Shown piece after piece: positions 55,228-64,000 of a stretch of 64,000 nucleotides of DNA. This stretch comes from a bacterium. Its GTDB lineage: Bacteria; Patescibacteriota; Patescibacteriia; Buchananbacterales; GWA2-38-13. The position numbers and the translations under genes were made by a program. A model generated the notes under the pieces. That model saw only the letters and a list, made by a program, of their open reading frames with translations. It was not told the origin of the DNA and ran no database searches. The stretch covers positions 1,055-65,054 of the forward strand of contig JAUSGZ010000014.1 of NCBI GenBank assembly GCA_030648715.1, in the 5' to 3' direction. How positions within the stretch are numbered: position 1 is the stretch's first letter; the number at the start of each line of letters is the position of its first letter.

Positions 55228-55974
55228 CTAACGGCGGAACGGCCGCGTGATGGCGTCAAACACGGGATCCGGCAGCCAGGCCGTTACCCGCAGCGCGCAA
55301 GAAACCAGCCACGGGTAGGTTACGACCGTACGGCCGGAATCCATCGTCCGCACGATCGCGGCAGCCGCCTGCTGGGCGGTGCGCAAATGCGGCGCGAACC
55401 GTACGCGCCGCCGTTCAGCCCCCGCAAAGCCCTCGGTCGCGATCGGGCCGAACTGGATGACCTTGAAACGGACGCTGCTGTTACGGTACCGCAAGGCCAG
55501 CGACCGGAATGCCATGGTCAGCGCCGCTTTGCTGGCCGCGTAGCCGACGCCCAACGGATCGGGCCGCCGGGCAAAGAGGGAAGAAACGGCGACAAACTGC
55601 CCGCCGCGCTGCTGCACTTGGGGGAGCAGCCGGCCAACCAGCGCCAGCGTGCCGGAAACGTTGACCGCCAGGACCTTGGCGGCCACCGCCGCGTCGAATT
55701 CTTTGTCGCTGTCGTGCGGATAAATGCCGGCGTTGAGTACCACCGCGTCCGGCACAAACTCAACCGAGGCCAGGGCGCGCGCCACGATGTCCGCCGCCCC
55801 CGGCGAAGCCAGGTCCGCGGCAACGAATGAAAAATTCTTCCCAAGTTGAGCTTGCACTTCCGCCAGCGCCGTAACGCTGCGGCTCACGCCAAACACCCGA
55901 TCGCCCCGCGCGGTCAGTAGTCCGACCAAGGCCCGCCCGATGCCCGATGTTGCCCCGGTAACGACGATCTGCAT
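55228..55974 (-). CDS. classical short-chain dehydrogenase/reductase
   Basis: 248 aa. VVTGATSGIGRAL, NAG, YAASK (YxxxK). Confidence 0.8.
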   Translation of the reverse strand: MQIVVTGATSGIGRALVGLLTARGDRVFGVSRSVTALAEVQAQLGKNFSFVAADLASPGAADIVARALASVEFVPDAVVLNAGIYPHDSDKEFDAAVAAKVLAVNVSGTLALVGRLLPQVQQRGGQFVAVSSLFARRPDPLGVGYAASKAALTMAFRSLALRYRNSSVRFKVIQFGPIATEGFAGAERRRVRFAPHLRTAQQAAAAIVRTMDSGRTVVTYPWLVSCALRVTAWLPDPVFDAITRPFRR

Positions 55975-56142
55975 ATAATAATCACCGCCATCCTATCACG
56001 GAAAAACCGCAAAAACAAGGCGTAATTCGCGGATTTTTTCCCGGCTGGCGGCACCGTAATAAATATTTTTTCTCGAAAGTAGACAGGTACTGCGGTCTTG
56101 AGTATACTGCACAGGTACGATCCGTAACTTTATCGCAACGCT

Positions 56143-56457
56143 ATGGCTCTTCGTGAAATCGGCGACCAAAATTTCGAAACGGAAGTTCTCAAAGCCCCCG
56201 GCGTGGTGCTGGTGGATTTTTGGGCGCCGTGGTGCGCACCGTGCCGCGTGCAGCATCCCATCCTGGAAGAGCTCGCCGGGGAGATGAAAAACGTGACTTT
56301 CGCGTCGATCAACGTCGACGAACACCCAACGGTCGGCGGCCGCTACCAGATCATGAGCATTCCGACGCTCATCGCATTCAAGGGCGGCGCCCCCGTCGCC
56401 CAATTCATCGGTTTGCAGAGCAAGGAAGCGTTACGCGCCAAACTTGGCGGCCTCTAA
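56143..56457 (+). CDS. trxA: thioredoxin
   Basis: 104 aa. VLVDFWAPWCAPCR active site (CAPC variant of WCGPC), cis-Pro IPTL. Confidence 0.85.
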   Translation: MALREIGDQNFETEVLKAPGVVLVDFWAPWCAPCRVQHPILEELAGEMKNVTFASINVDEHPTVGGRYQIMSIPTLIAFKGGAPVAQFIGLQSKEALRAKLGGL

Positions 56458-56575
56458 TTTCACCCCTCTGCCCGGTAGGACAACGGTCCGGGCCAAAGAC
56501 AAGTAACAATCAGCGCAAATTCTCTCTTCAGAGGGTAATCGGGTTCCTAAACATTCATCCGTTGTTCCACTGGGT

Positions 56576-57505
56576 ATGGCGGGGAAAACTTACGACGTCA
56601 TCATCATCGGCGCAGGCGCCGCGGGGTTGACTGCGGCCATCTACACCATGCGCAAGCAGCTGCGGACGGTTGTGGTCAGCCCGGAAACGGGCGGGGCAAC
56701 GGCGCTGTCCAACTGGGTGGAGAACTACCCGGGTGCGAAAGCGATGCCCGGATTGGAGCTGATGGAACAGTTCAAGGCGCAAGTTACCGCGCTGGGAACC
56801 CCGCTGGTGGCGACGAAAGTGAAGGGCATTACGCCGGGCGTAACCTTCCGCGTCGCCCTGGAGAACGGCGAGACCATTTCCGGCCGCGCGCTCATCATCA
56901 CCGCCGGCAAGGTCCCGCGGCGGCTCAACGTGCCCGGCGAGGATAAATTCTTCGGTCGCGGGGTATCCACCTGCGCCACCTGCGACGGTCCGCTGTTCAA
57001 GGGCAAACCCATCGCCATCGTCGGCGGCGGGAACGCGGCCGTCGAAGCGGCGCTGGAACTGGCCGAGATCGCCAAGCCCGTCTACCTCATTCACCGGCGC
57101 GACACCTTCCGCGCCGATGAGATCACGGTCGCTAAGCTGAAAACCAGCGCAGTTCAGCTCGTGCTGGGAAGCGAGGTGACGGCCGTGCACGGCGACCGGT
57201 TCCTGAACGGCCTGACCGTACGCGACCAGGCCGGTACCATCCGCGAGCTGTCGGTCAACGGACTGTTCCTGGAGATCGGTTCAGATACCGACCCGGTGCT
57301 AGTTGCCCCGTTCGCGAAGAACGACGCCAATGAGATCCTGGTCGACGCGCGGCAACGCACCAACATCCCGGGAGCGTTCGCGGCGGGCGACGTCACGGAT
57401 GTCGCCTACAAACAGACGGTCATTTCGGCTGGCGACGGAGCGCAGGCGGCACTGGAAGCCCACCGGTTCCTGACCGTGCCGGGCTACCATTGGCCAAAAC
57501 AGTAA
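56576..57505 (+). CDS. trxB: thioredoxin-disulfide reductase
   Basis: 309 aa. YDVIIIGAGAAG FAD site, CATCDGP redox-active disulfide, GGGNAAVE NADPH site. Confidence 0.9.
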   Translation: MAGKTYDVIIIGAGAAGLTAAIYTMRKQLRTVVVSPETGGATALSNWVENYPGAKAMPGLELMEQFKAQVTALGTPLVATKVKGITPGVTFRVALENGETISGRALIITAGKVPRRLNVPGEDKFFGRGVSTCATCDGPLFKGKPIAIVGGGNAAVEAALELAEIAKPVYLIHRRDTFRADEITVAKLKTSAVQLVLGSEVTAVHGDRFLNGLTVRDQAGTIRELSVNGLFLEIGSDTDPVLVAPFAKNDANEILVDARQRTNIPGAFAAGDVTDVAYKQTVISAGDGAQAALEAHRFLTVPGYHWPKQ

Positions 57506-57898
57506 GTGAACGAAAGCAGCGCAAAAACCCCCGTCGTCGGGGGTTTTCTTTCACCGCGCCAACCTACTGCAGTGACCGCAGGAGCATTTCCTGCGTTTCT
57601 GCCGGCAGGGGCAGGGTGTCTCGCTCTCCCGCCGCTCGCGGCGCCAGGCTGCGGTCGGATTGCGGCCGCACCGTCGGCAGGGATTTCGTTTTGGAACTCG
57701 GTGACGTCAGGGAAGCGATCATATCTATAGTCACAACGGTAGCGGTCCACGGCATCTCCGTCAATAATAAAAATGGCTAAATTTAGCTAAAAATTGACTA
57801 TCCACCGATATTTTTGCTGTATTCCGCACTTACGTTGCACGTTTCCCACAACCTTTCAAAGTGTTATACCGAGACTATCCCCACCTTATCCCAGTCGA

Positions 57899-58525
57899 AT
57901 GATCCGCCCCAATTTCTCGAACGAAAAAGAAATGTTTGCCGCCGGCATCAAGGTCGTCGCAGGATTGGATGAGGTCGGCCGGGGCGCCTGGGCCGGACCG
58001 CTGATCGCCGGCGCGGTGGCGTTAACCCCCGAGCTGCTCCGCGCAGGCAAACGGATCGCGCGGCTGGTGCGCGATTCCAAAACGCTGAGCGAACGCCAGC
58101 GGGAGCGCGCGTATGAGCAGCTGACCGCCGCGCTGCCGTGGGCGGTCGGCACAGCGTCCGCCGGAGAGATCGACGCCTTCGGGGTTACTGCCGCCAACCA
58201 GCAGGCGCTCACCCGCGCCGCCGCCGCGCTGCCCGCGCGCGCCGATTTCCTCCTGGTGGACGGCCGCGGATTTTCCTTTCCTACGCCGTATCGGCAGGTC
58301 GTGGATGGCGATGCGCGGATATTCTCCGTCGCGGCCGCGTCCATCATCGCCAAGGTGACCCGCGACCGCTTGATGGCGATGCTTCACCGCCGCTACCCCG
58401 GCTATGGATTTGATCGCCACCGCGGGTACGGCACCCCCGAACACCAGGCGGCGCTGGGTCGCCTGGGTTGCTGTCCCCTGCACCGCCGTTCCTACCGGCC
58501 GATCGCGGCACTCGCGTCGGCGTAA
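57899..58525 (+). CDS. rnhB: ribonuclease HII
   Basis: About 208 aa from MIRPNF. GLDEVGRGAWAGPL catalytic DE motif, DSK, and D...IIAK C-terminal residues. Confidence 0.85.
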   Translation: MIRPNFSNEKEMFAAGIKVVAGLDEVGRGAWAGPLIAGAVALTPELLRAGKRIARLVRDSKTLSERQRERAYEQLTAALPWAVGTASAGEIDAFGVTAANQQALTRAAAALPARADFLLVDGRGFSFPTPYRQVVDGDARIFSVAAASIIAKVTRDRLMAMLHRRYPGYGFDRHRGYGTPEHQAALGRLGCCPLHRRSYRPIAALASA

Positions 58526-58579
58526 CAGTACCCTTCGGCACGGCCGCGAGAACTGCTACACTATGAGTGTACAAAACCT

Positions 58580-59131
58580 ATGACCTACGTTGCCGCTAGT
58601 AATACGATGATCAACGTCGCGGATGTCATCTCCCGGCTGAACCTGCGCGAAGGGATGCGCGTCGCGGATCTCGGCTGCGGCGGGCACGGGCTCTTCACCC
58701 TGCACGTGGCGAAACTGGTCGGCCCCCGCGGGCTGGTCTATGCCGTCGACATCCTTAAATCCACGCTCGCCGAGCTGGCCAAAAAAGCCCGCCTGGACGG
58801 CGCGAGCAACGTCAAACCGATCTGGTCCAACCTGGAAGTCGCCGGCGCCACACCCATTCCGGATGAAAGCGTGGACGCCGCGCTCGTGGTCAACGTCCTG
58901 TTCCAGTCTACCGACCGCGCCGCCTTGCTGCGCGAAGCCCGGCGCGTCATGAAACCCGGCGCGCGGATTGCCCTCGTGGACTGGCAGCCGGGGGCCTCGC
59001 CGTTCGGCCCGCCCGCAACGGCGCGCCTGACGCCGAAAGCCGCCGCCACGCACGCCCAGGCCGCCGGGTTCAAACTACTGGAAGCGTTCGCCGCCGGCAA
59101 ATACCACTACGGCCTGATATTGACGCGGTAG
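58580..59131 (+). CDS. class I SAM-dependent methyltransferase
   Basis: 183 aa. Motif I VADLGCGGHGLF, acidic motif II AVDI, motif III/post-I region. Confidence 0.7.
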   Translation: MTYVAASNTMINVADVISRLNLREGMRVADLGCGGHGLFTLHVAKLVGPRGLVYAVDILKSTLAELAKKARLDGASNVKPIWSNLEVAGATPIPDESVDAALVVNVLFQSTDRAALLREARRVMKPGARIALVDWQPGASPFGPPATARLTPKAAATHAQAAGFKLLEAFAAGKYHYGLILTR

Positions 59132-59158
59132 CGCGAACACGGGTACGATAGGACATCT

Positions 59159-59563
59159 ATGAACCAGATCTCCTACTATCTTAATTTCGACTACCTCCTG
59201 AACCTGCGACCCAACCCGCTCGGACCGGCCGGGCGCGTGCTGCTGCCGCTCGTGGTCGCTGCCTGCCTGGCGGCGGCTAGTATCCTACAGCGCCGCGCCG
59301 CGGCATCCGCCGACCCGATCCTACGCGCCGGGCTGCAGCGTCTCCGCACGCCGTTGCTGACCATGGGCATCATCGGCGCCCTGTTCACGGTCGTCGCGTG
59401 GCTGGGCGTGCCGATCCTGTCCATCCGCGTGGTGCTGCCCGCCTGGGTCCTGGTCACCGCGTGGTGGCTCCTGACCGTCTCCCGCAAAGAGTGGGGAAGC
59501 CTCCCACAGCGCCGTGCCGCGCGTGAGCAGCGCCTGCTGAAGGAAAAATACCTGCCCAAATGA
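59159..59563 (+). CDS. hypothetical membrane protein (3 TM)
   Basis: 134 aa ORF with a terminator downstream. Confidence 0.45.
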   Translation: MNQISYYLNFDYLLNLRPNPLGPAGRVLLPLVVAACLAAASILQRRAAASADPILRAGLQRLRTPLLTMGIIGALFTVVAWLGVPILSIRVVLPAWVLVTAWWLLTVSRKEWGSLPQRRAAREQRLLKEKYLPK

Positions 59564-59593
59564 AAAACCGCGGCCTCAAGGCCGTGGTTTTTC
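59564..59593 (+). terminator. rho-independent terminator
   Basis: aaaaaccgcggcc-tcaa-ggccgtggttttt. Confidence 0.65.
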
Positions 59594-59665
59594 ATCCCGA
59601 GCGGAGTCCCGCGGCCGCGGGACGGTGTCGAGGGATCCCCATTTTACGCTTTACACTTTCATGAG

Positions 59666-60031
59666 ATGGGCCTTATCGGCAATTTCCTCGGCCAGCGCGG
59701 GGAACGGCTAGCCGAAAAATTCTTACGCCGCAAAGGCTACCGAACGGTAGCCCGTAATTTTCGCACCCGCGAGGGCGAATTGGACCTGGTCTGCCGCGAC
59801 GGCGACTGCCTCGTCTTCGTTGAGGTGAAAACGCGCACCACCGGCGGCCTGGGCTTTCCGGAAGACGCCGTGACTGCGGACAAACAGCGCAAGCTGATCT
59901 CTGCGGTCAACGCCTACCTGGCGCGGCTGCGACAACCGCCCGCCAGCTTCCGCATCGATGTGGTCAGCATTATCACGGCCGCCCAAAGGCAGCCGCAGAT
60001 CATCCACCTGGAGAATATCACCGGCTCATGA
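59666..60031 (+). CDS. yraN: YraN-family (UPF0102) putative endonuclease
   Basis: 121 aa. GERLAEKFLRRKGYRTVARNFRTREGELDLVCRDGDCLVFVEVKTR matches the conserved YraN core. Confidence 0.8.
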   Translation: MGLIGNFLGQRGERLAEKFLRRKGYRTVARNFRTREGELDLVCRDGDCLVFVEVKTRTTGGLGFPEDAVTADKQRKLISAVNAYLARLRQPPASFRIDVVSIITAAQRQPQIIHLENITGS

Positions 60032-60156
60032 CGGCAGCTCCCGATCAACGGCGCTCGCGGCAGCACCGGGGGACGGCTTCTTGACAGCTGCCGCGGGATT
60101 CGAGTAGACTGTACACAAGGTAGCCTTACGGCTACTTAAAATTTTGCCTTTTAATC

Positions 60157-61479
60157 TTGGCACCTATGCGTATGGATGTGGAGCAGCGCTCCGCGATCGC
60201 CGCGGCGATCAAACAGATCTGCGAGGAGAAGAATATCTCCTACGACGCCGTCATTGAGACCATTGAGTCGGCGCTCGGCGCGGCCTATCGAAAGGACTAC
60301 GGCAACCGGATGCAGAACATCAAGGTCAAGTTCGACGTGGAAACCGGCAAAATGACGGTCCATGACGTCAAAACGGTCGTTGAGGACCTGCCGCCGGAAC
60401 TACAGGAGGCCGCCCAGGCGGCGGCGGCCGAAGGCGTCCCGCTGCCCGCGACCCCGCCAGTACCGTCTGCCGACGGCACCGTTCCCGCCGGAGACGGCGC
60501 CGACAAGCCGCGCTTCAACCCCAAAACCGAGATCCAGCTCTCCGATGCCAAAAAGATCAAGGATGACAGCAATGTCGGCGAAGAACTGGTGCAGGAACTG
60601 CCGACCCCCGGCGCGTTCGGCCGCATGGCCGCGCAGACCGCCAAGCAGGTCATTACCCAGAAGATCCGCGAAGCGGAACGCGAAATGGTCTACAACGAGC
60701 TGAAGGGACGCGAAGGCTCCATCGTCGTCGGTACCGTCCAGCGCCGCGAAGGGCGCATGGTGCTGATCGATCTGGGCCGCGTGGCCGCGCTGCTGCCGCC
60801 CGAAGAGCAGATCGAACGCGAACCGTACATCCCCGGCGAACGCATCAAAGTCTACATAATCTCCGTGACCAAGGGGACCCGCGGACCGGAGATCGTCGTC
60901 TCGCGCTCGCACGCGCAGATCGTGGACACCCTCTTCCACACCGAGATCCCGGAGATCGCCAACGGGACGGTACAGATCAAGGGCATCGCCCGCGAAGCCG
61001 GTTCGCGCACCAAGGTCGCCGTCTGGACCGAGGACGAGAACATCGACCCGATCGGCTCCTGCATCGGGCAGCGCGGCGCGCGCGTCCAAACCATCATCGC
61101 CGAACTACGCGGCGAAAAGATCGACATCATCCAGTACAACGCCAACCCCAACGAATTTTTGGCCAACGCCCTGTCGCCAGCCAAGGTCACCAGCATCCAG
61201 GTGAACGGAGAGGCGCGCACGGCCGTCGTCACCGTGCCGGAGGACCAATTAAGCCTGGCCATCGGCCGCGGGGGACAGAACGTGCGCCTGGCGGCCAAAC
61301 TCACCGGCTACAAGATCGATATCATCTCGTCGGGCAAACTGGCGGAAGGCGGCACCGTCGCGCCCGAAGCGTCGGCCACGCCCGAGGGTACCGTCGCCGA
61401 AGCTGCGGCGGAAACTCCGACGGCCGTTCCAGCGGAACAGGAAACAAAGCCGGAAGAACCGGCCGCCCCCACAGTGTAA
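60157..61479 (+). CDS. nusA: transcription termination/antitermination factor NusA
   Basis: 440 aa. NTD, S1 (GSIVVGTVQRRE), KH1/KH2 (GSCIGQRGARVQ, AIGRGGQNVRLA). Has a Pro/Ala-rich insertion after the NTD and an acidic low-complexity C-terminal tail. Confidence 0.88.
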   Translation: MAPMRMDVEQRSAIAAAIKQICEEKNISYDAVIETIESALGAAYRKDYGNRMQNIKVKFDVETGKMTVHDVKTVVEDLPPELQEAAQAAAAEGVPLPATPPVPSADGTVPAGDGADKPRFNPKTEIQLSDAKKIKDDSNVGEELVQELPTPGAFGRMAAQTAKQVITQKIREAEREMVYNELKGREGSIVVGTVQRREGRMVLIDLGRVAALLPPEEQIEREPYIPGERIKVYIISVTKGTRGPEIVVSRSHAQIVDTLFHTEIPEIANGTVQIKGIAREAGSRTKVAVWTEDENIDPIGSCIGQRGARVQTIIAELRGEKIDIIQYNANPNEFLANALSPAKVTSIQVNGEARTAVVTVPEDQLSLAIGRGGQNVRLAAKLTGYKIDIISSGKLAEGGTVAPEASATPEGTVAEAAAETPTAVPAEQETKPEEPAAPTV

Positions 61480-61489
61480 TTTTTGAAGT

Positions 61490-63562
61490 TTGACTTTTCA
61501 TCCTATGTTGATCCTCGTGTTCATGGTCGGCCTCGCCGGGGTGGCAGTGGCCTACGTACTCTCCCGCCAAGTCCTCAAGGCGGATACCGGCACCGCGGAA
61601 ATGCAGTCGGTCGCCCTCGCCATCAAGCAAGGCGCGGGCGCGTACCTGAAACGGCAGAACACCACCATTGCCATCATCATCGGCATCCTGGCGCTGGTCA
61701 TCTACGTGCTGTACGGCGCGCGCGGCGAAATGGGGATCGGCCTGAAGACCGTCGGGGCGTTCGTCGCCGGCGCGGTCCTGTCGGCGCTCTCGGGATACTT
61801 CGGCATGGCCATCGCGGTGCGGGCCAACCTCCGCACGGCGGCGGGCGCCAAGGTCAGCGTTAACCGCGCGCTGCAACTGGCGCTGCGCGGCGGCGCCGTC
61901 GCCGGATTTTTGGTCGTGTCGCTGTCGCTGCTGGGCGTCGCCGGCCTGTTCTACCTGTTCGGCGGCCTGCAAAACCCGACCGTTGTTCCGATGCAGCTGG
62001 TCGGCTTTGGCTTTGGCGCCAGCTTGGTCGCGCTGTTCGCGCAACTCGGCGGCGGCATCTACACCAAAGCCGCCGACGTCGGCGCGGACTTGGTCGGCAA
62101 AGTTGAGGCCGGAATTCCGGAAGACGACCTGCGCAACCCGGCCGTCGTCGCAGACCTGGTCGGTGACAACGTCGGCGACTGCGCGGGCCGCGGCGCCGAC
62201 CTCTTTGAGAGCAGCGTCGCCGAGAGCCTGGGCGCCATGATCATCGGCATTGCGATGTACGAGGTCTTCGGGCTGGGCGGCATCATCTTCGCGCTGGTGG
62301 CCCACGCGCTGGGCTTGGTGGCTTCAATGATCGGCGTGTTCACCGTCAAGGTCAAAGGCGACGAGGACCCGATGAAGTCGCTCAACCGCGGCTTTTTGGT
62401 CACTGCGGCGCTGGCGTTCGTCGGCTTTGCCGCCGCCGCGCGCCTGCTGCTCTACACGGACACCGCCCCGAAGGCGTGGCTGCTGTTCGCCGCCTGCGGG
62501 TTGCTGGGGCTGCTCACCTCGCTGGCGTTCCTGTTCATCACCCAGTACTACACCAGCCACCGCTACCGCCCGGTCAAATCCATCGTGGAAGCGTCGCGAA
62601 CGGGTGCTGCCACCAACATCATCACCGGTTTTGCCGTCGCCCTGGAAAATACCTTCGCCCCGGTCATCGTGGTCGGCGTCGCGCTCCTGACCTCCCACTG
62701 GCTGGGCGGCCTCACCGGATTGGACGGCGGTGGACTGTTTGGCACCGCTCTCGCGACGATGGGAATGCTGTCCACGGTCGGCTACGTGCTGGCGATGGAC
62801 ACCTTTGGCCCCATCACGGACAACGCCGGCGGCATCGTGGAAATGTCCAACGCTTCCGAAGATGTGCGTAACACGACCGACAAGCTCGACGCCGTAGGAA
62901 ACACCACCAAAGCGCTGACCAAAGGCTACGCGGTCGGGTCGGCGGCATTGGCGGCGTTCCTGTTGTTCTCGGCGTACCTGGAAGCCGCCGGGCTGGAGTC
63001 CATCGACCTGGCCAAGCCCGTGGTGTTCGTCGGAGCGCTGATGGGCGGAATGCTGGTCTTCCTGTTCGCGTCGCTCGCCATCCGCGCGGTCGGCAAAGGT
63101 GCGTACTACATCATCAACGACGTGCGCGACCAGTTCAAAGAAAATCCCGGCATCATGGCCGGGACCAGCAAGCCCAACTACGCCCGTTGCGTGGACATTG
63201 CCACCAAAGGCGCCCTCAAGCAGATGGTCCTGCCCGGCATCGTCGCCGTCGCCGTCCCGACGCTGGTGGGCGTGCTGCTGGGGCCGGAAGCCGTCGGCGG
63301 CACCCTGATGGTCGGCACCATCGCCGGCGTCCTGCTGGCGCTGGTCCTCAACAACGGGGGCGGCGCGTGGGACAACGCCAAGAAGTACGTGGAAACCGGC
63401 GTCTACGGCGGCAAGGGTTCCGACGTCCACAATGCAACCGTCGTTGGCGACACCGTCGGCGATCCCTTCAAGGACACCGCCGGACCCAGCTTGCACGTGC
63501 TCATCAAACTGTTGTCCACGCTGACGCTGGTGCTATTGCCCCTGTTCACGTTGTTCCGCTGA
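61490..63562 (+). CDS. hppA: membrane-bound proton/sodium-translocating pyrophosphatase
   Basis: 690 aa, about 16 TM. GGGIYTKAADVGADLVGKVE, DNVGDCAGRGADLFES, DTVGDPFKDTAGPS signature motifs. Confidence 0.9.
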   Translation: MTFHPMLILVFMVGLAGVAVAYVLSRQVLKADTGTAEMQSVALAIKQGAGAYLKRQNTTIAIIIGILALVIYVLYGARGEMGIGLKTVGAFVAGAVLSALSGYFGMAIAVRANLRTAAGAKVSVNRALQLALRGGAVAGFLVVSLSLLGVAGLFYLFGGLQNPTVVPMQLVGFGFGASLVALFAQLGGGIYTKAADVGADLVGKVEAGIPEDDLRNPAVVADLVGDNVGDCAGRGADLFESSVAESLGAMIIGIAMYEVFGLGGIIFALVAHALGLVASMIGVFTVKVKGDEDPMKSLNRGFLVTAALAFVGFAAAARLLLYTDTAPKAWLLFAACGLLGLLTSLAFLFITQYYTSHRYRPVKSIVEASRTGAATNIITGFAVALENTFAPVIVVGVALLTSHWLGGLTGLDGGGLFGTALATMGMLSTVGYVLAMDTFGPITDNAGGIVEMSNASEDVRNTTDKLDAVGNTTKALTKGYAVGSAALAAFLLFSAYLEAAGLESIDLAKPVVFVGALMGGMLVFLFASLAIRAVGKGAYYIINDVRDQFKENPGIMAGTSKPNYARCVDIATKGALKQMVLPGIVAVAVPTLVGVLLGPEAVGGTLMVGTIAGVLLALVLNNGGGAWDNAKKYVETGVYGGKGSDVHNATVVGDTVGDPFKDTAGPSLHVLIKLLSTLTLVLLPLFTLFR

Positions 63563-63566
63563 TCCC

Positions 63567-64000
63567 ATGGACGTCGCTGCAAAAAAACTGCCGCGCGGAC
63601 AGGCGGAGCTGACCGTCACGCTGACCGCGGACGAATATGTACCCTTCCTCCACCGCGCCGCAGCCGAAGTTTCCGCGCACCTGACCATCCCCGGGTTCCG
63701 TCCGGGCAAAGCCCCGTATGAGGTGGTGACAGAAAAGATCGGCGAGGCCAAGCTGTGGGAAGAGGCCTTAGAAACTGCGGTCAAACGCACCTACCCGCAA
63801 GCGCTCGAGCAAGCCAAATTGGAACCCGTCGGCTCGCCGCAGATCGGCATCACCAAGCTCGCGCCCGGCAACCCGGTCGTCTACCGCGCCACCGTCAACC
63901 TGCTGCCCGAGGTGCAGTTGAGCGACCTTTCGCGCATCAAGGTGGAACGCCGTGCGCCAACGGTCGCGGATGCCGATGTGGCAAAGACCCTGGAAGACCT
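63567..64000 (+). CDS. tig: trigger factor, 3'-truncated by window end
   Basis: MDVAAKKLPRGQAELTVTLTADEY...GFRPGKAP is a canonical ribosome-binding N-domain signature (GFRxGxxP). Confidence 0.85.
   Translation, partial: MDVAAKKLPRGQAELTVTLTADEYVPFLHRAAAEVSAHLTIPGFRPGKAPYEVVTEKIGEAKLWEEALETAVKRTYPQALEQAKLEPVGSPQIGITKLAPGNPVVYRATVNLLPEVQLSDLSRIKVERRAPTVADADVAKTLED

Noticed and set aside
61322-62305. 327-aa minus ORF
   Set aside because: It is antisense to the nusA 3' end and hppA 5' end.
62324-63496. 390-aa minus ORF
   Set aside because: It is antisense to hppA, whose pyrophosphatase motifs are unambiguous.
1-64000. CRISPR arrays, Cas genes, restriction-modification, toxin-antitoxin pairs
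   Set aside because: No regularly spaced direct repeats with unique spacers were seen. The only repeats are coding hexanucleotide repeats and palindromic REP-like elements. No nuclease/ATPase gene pairs suggestive of defence systems were found.

Overview
This is a high-GC (~60-65%) bacterial chromosomal window with several AT-rich patches, densely packed with genes on both strands. Lineage is uncertain; it looks like an uncultivated organism.

Housekeeping genes: ruvA, a NIF3-family gene, ileS, argS, trxA, trxB, rnhB, yraN, nusA, a membrane H+/Na+-pyrophosphatase (hppA), and tig, which is truncated at the 3' edge. There are three tRNAs: Arg-CCG, Arg-CCT and Ala-CGC.

Two sets of cell-envelope glycosylation genes dominate the accessory content.

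Set 1 (7.0-14.9 kb):
- three GT-C (ArnT/PMT-like) glycosyltransferases carrying the DE-loop motif;
- a UDP-galactopyranose-mutase-like flavoenzyme;
- an epimerase;
- a stand-alone receiver-domain protein and a monocluster ferredoxin.

Set 2 (38.4-56.0 kb):
- zinc-ribbon methyltransferase, split transketolase (N- and C-terminal halves), epimerase, GT2;
- two paralogous ~688-aa polytopic membrane proteins of unknown family;
- GT4, NodU/CmcH-type carbamoyltransferase, Wzx-like flippase;
- a YfhO-like protein with a GtrB-like GT2, and a short-chain dehydrogenase.

Between the two sets lies a compositionally distinct, lower-GC stretch (~24.2-30.8 kb). It carries an operon of an alpha-oxoamine synthase (BioF/SPT/CqsA family), an extended SDR, and a multi-transmembrane GAF histidine kinase whose membrane domain alone is AT-rich. 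It also carries a 924-aa secreted protein with a GHSLG lipase motif and a dockerin-like C-terminus.

Nearby are GC-rich palindromic REP-like repeats, an acyl-CoA ligase, an esterase, and a ~165-bp palindromic element. A module bounded by two tRNAs holds a sensor-less histidine kinase and a double-receiver protein with no output domain.

No CRISPR array, transposase, integrase or recognisable defence or toxin-antitoxin genes were seen.
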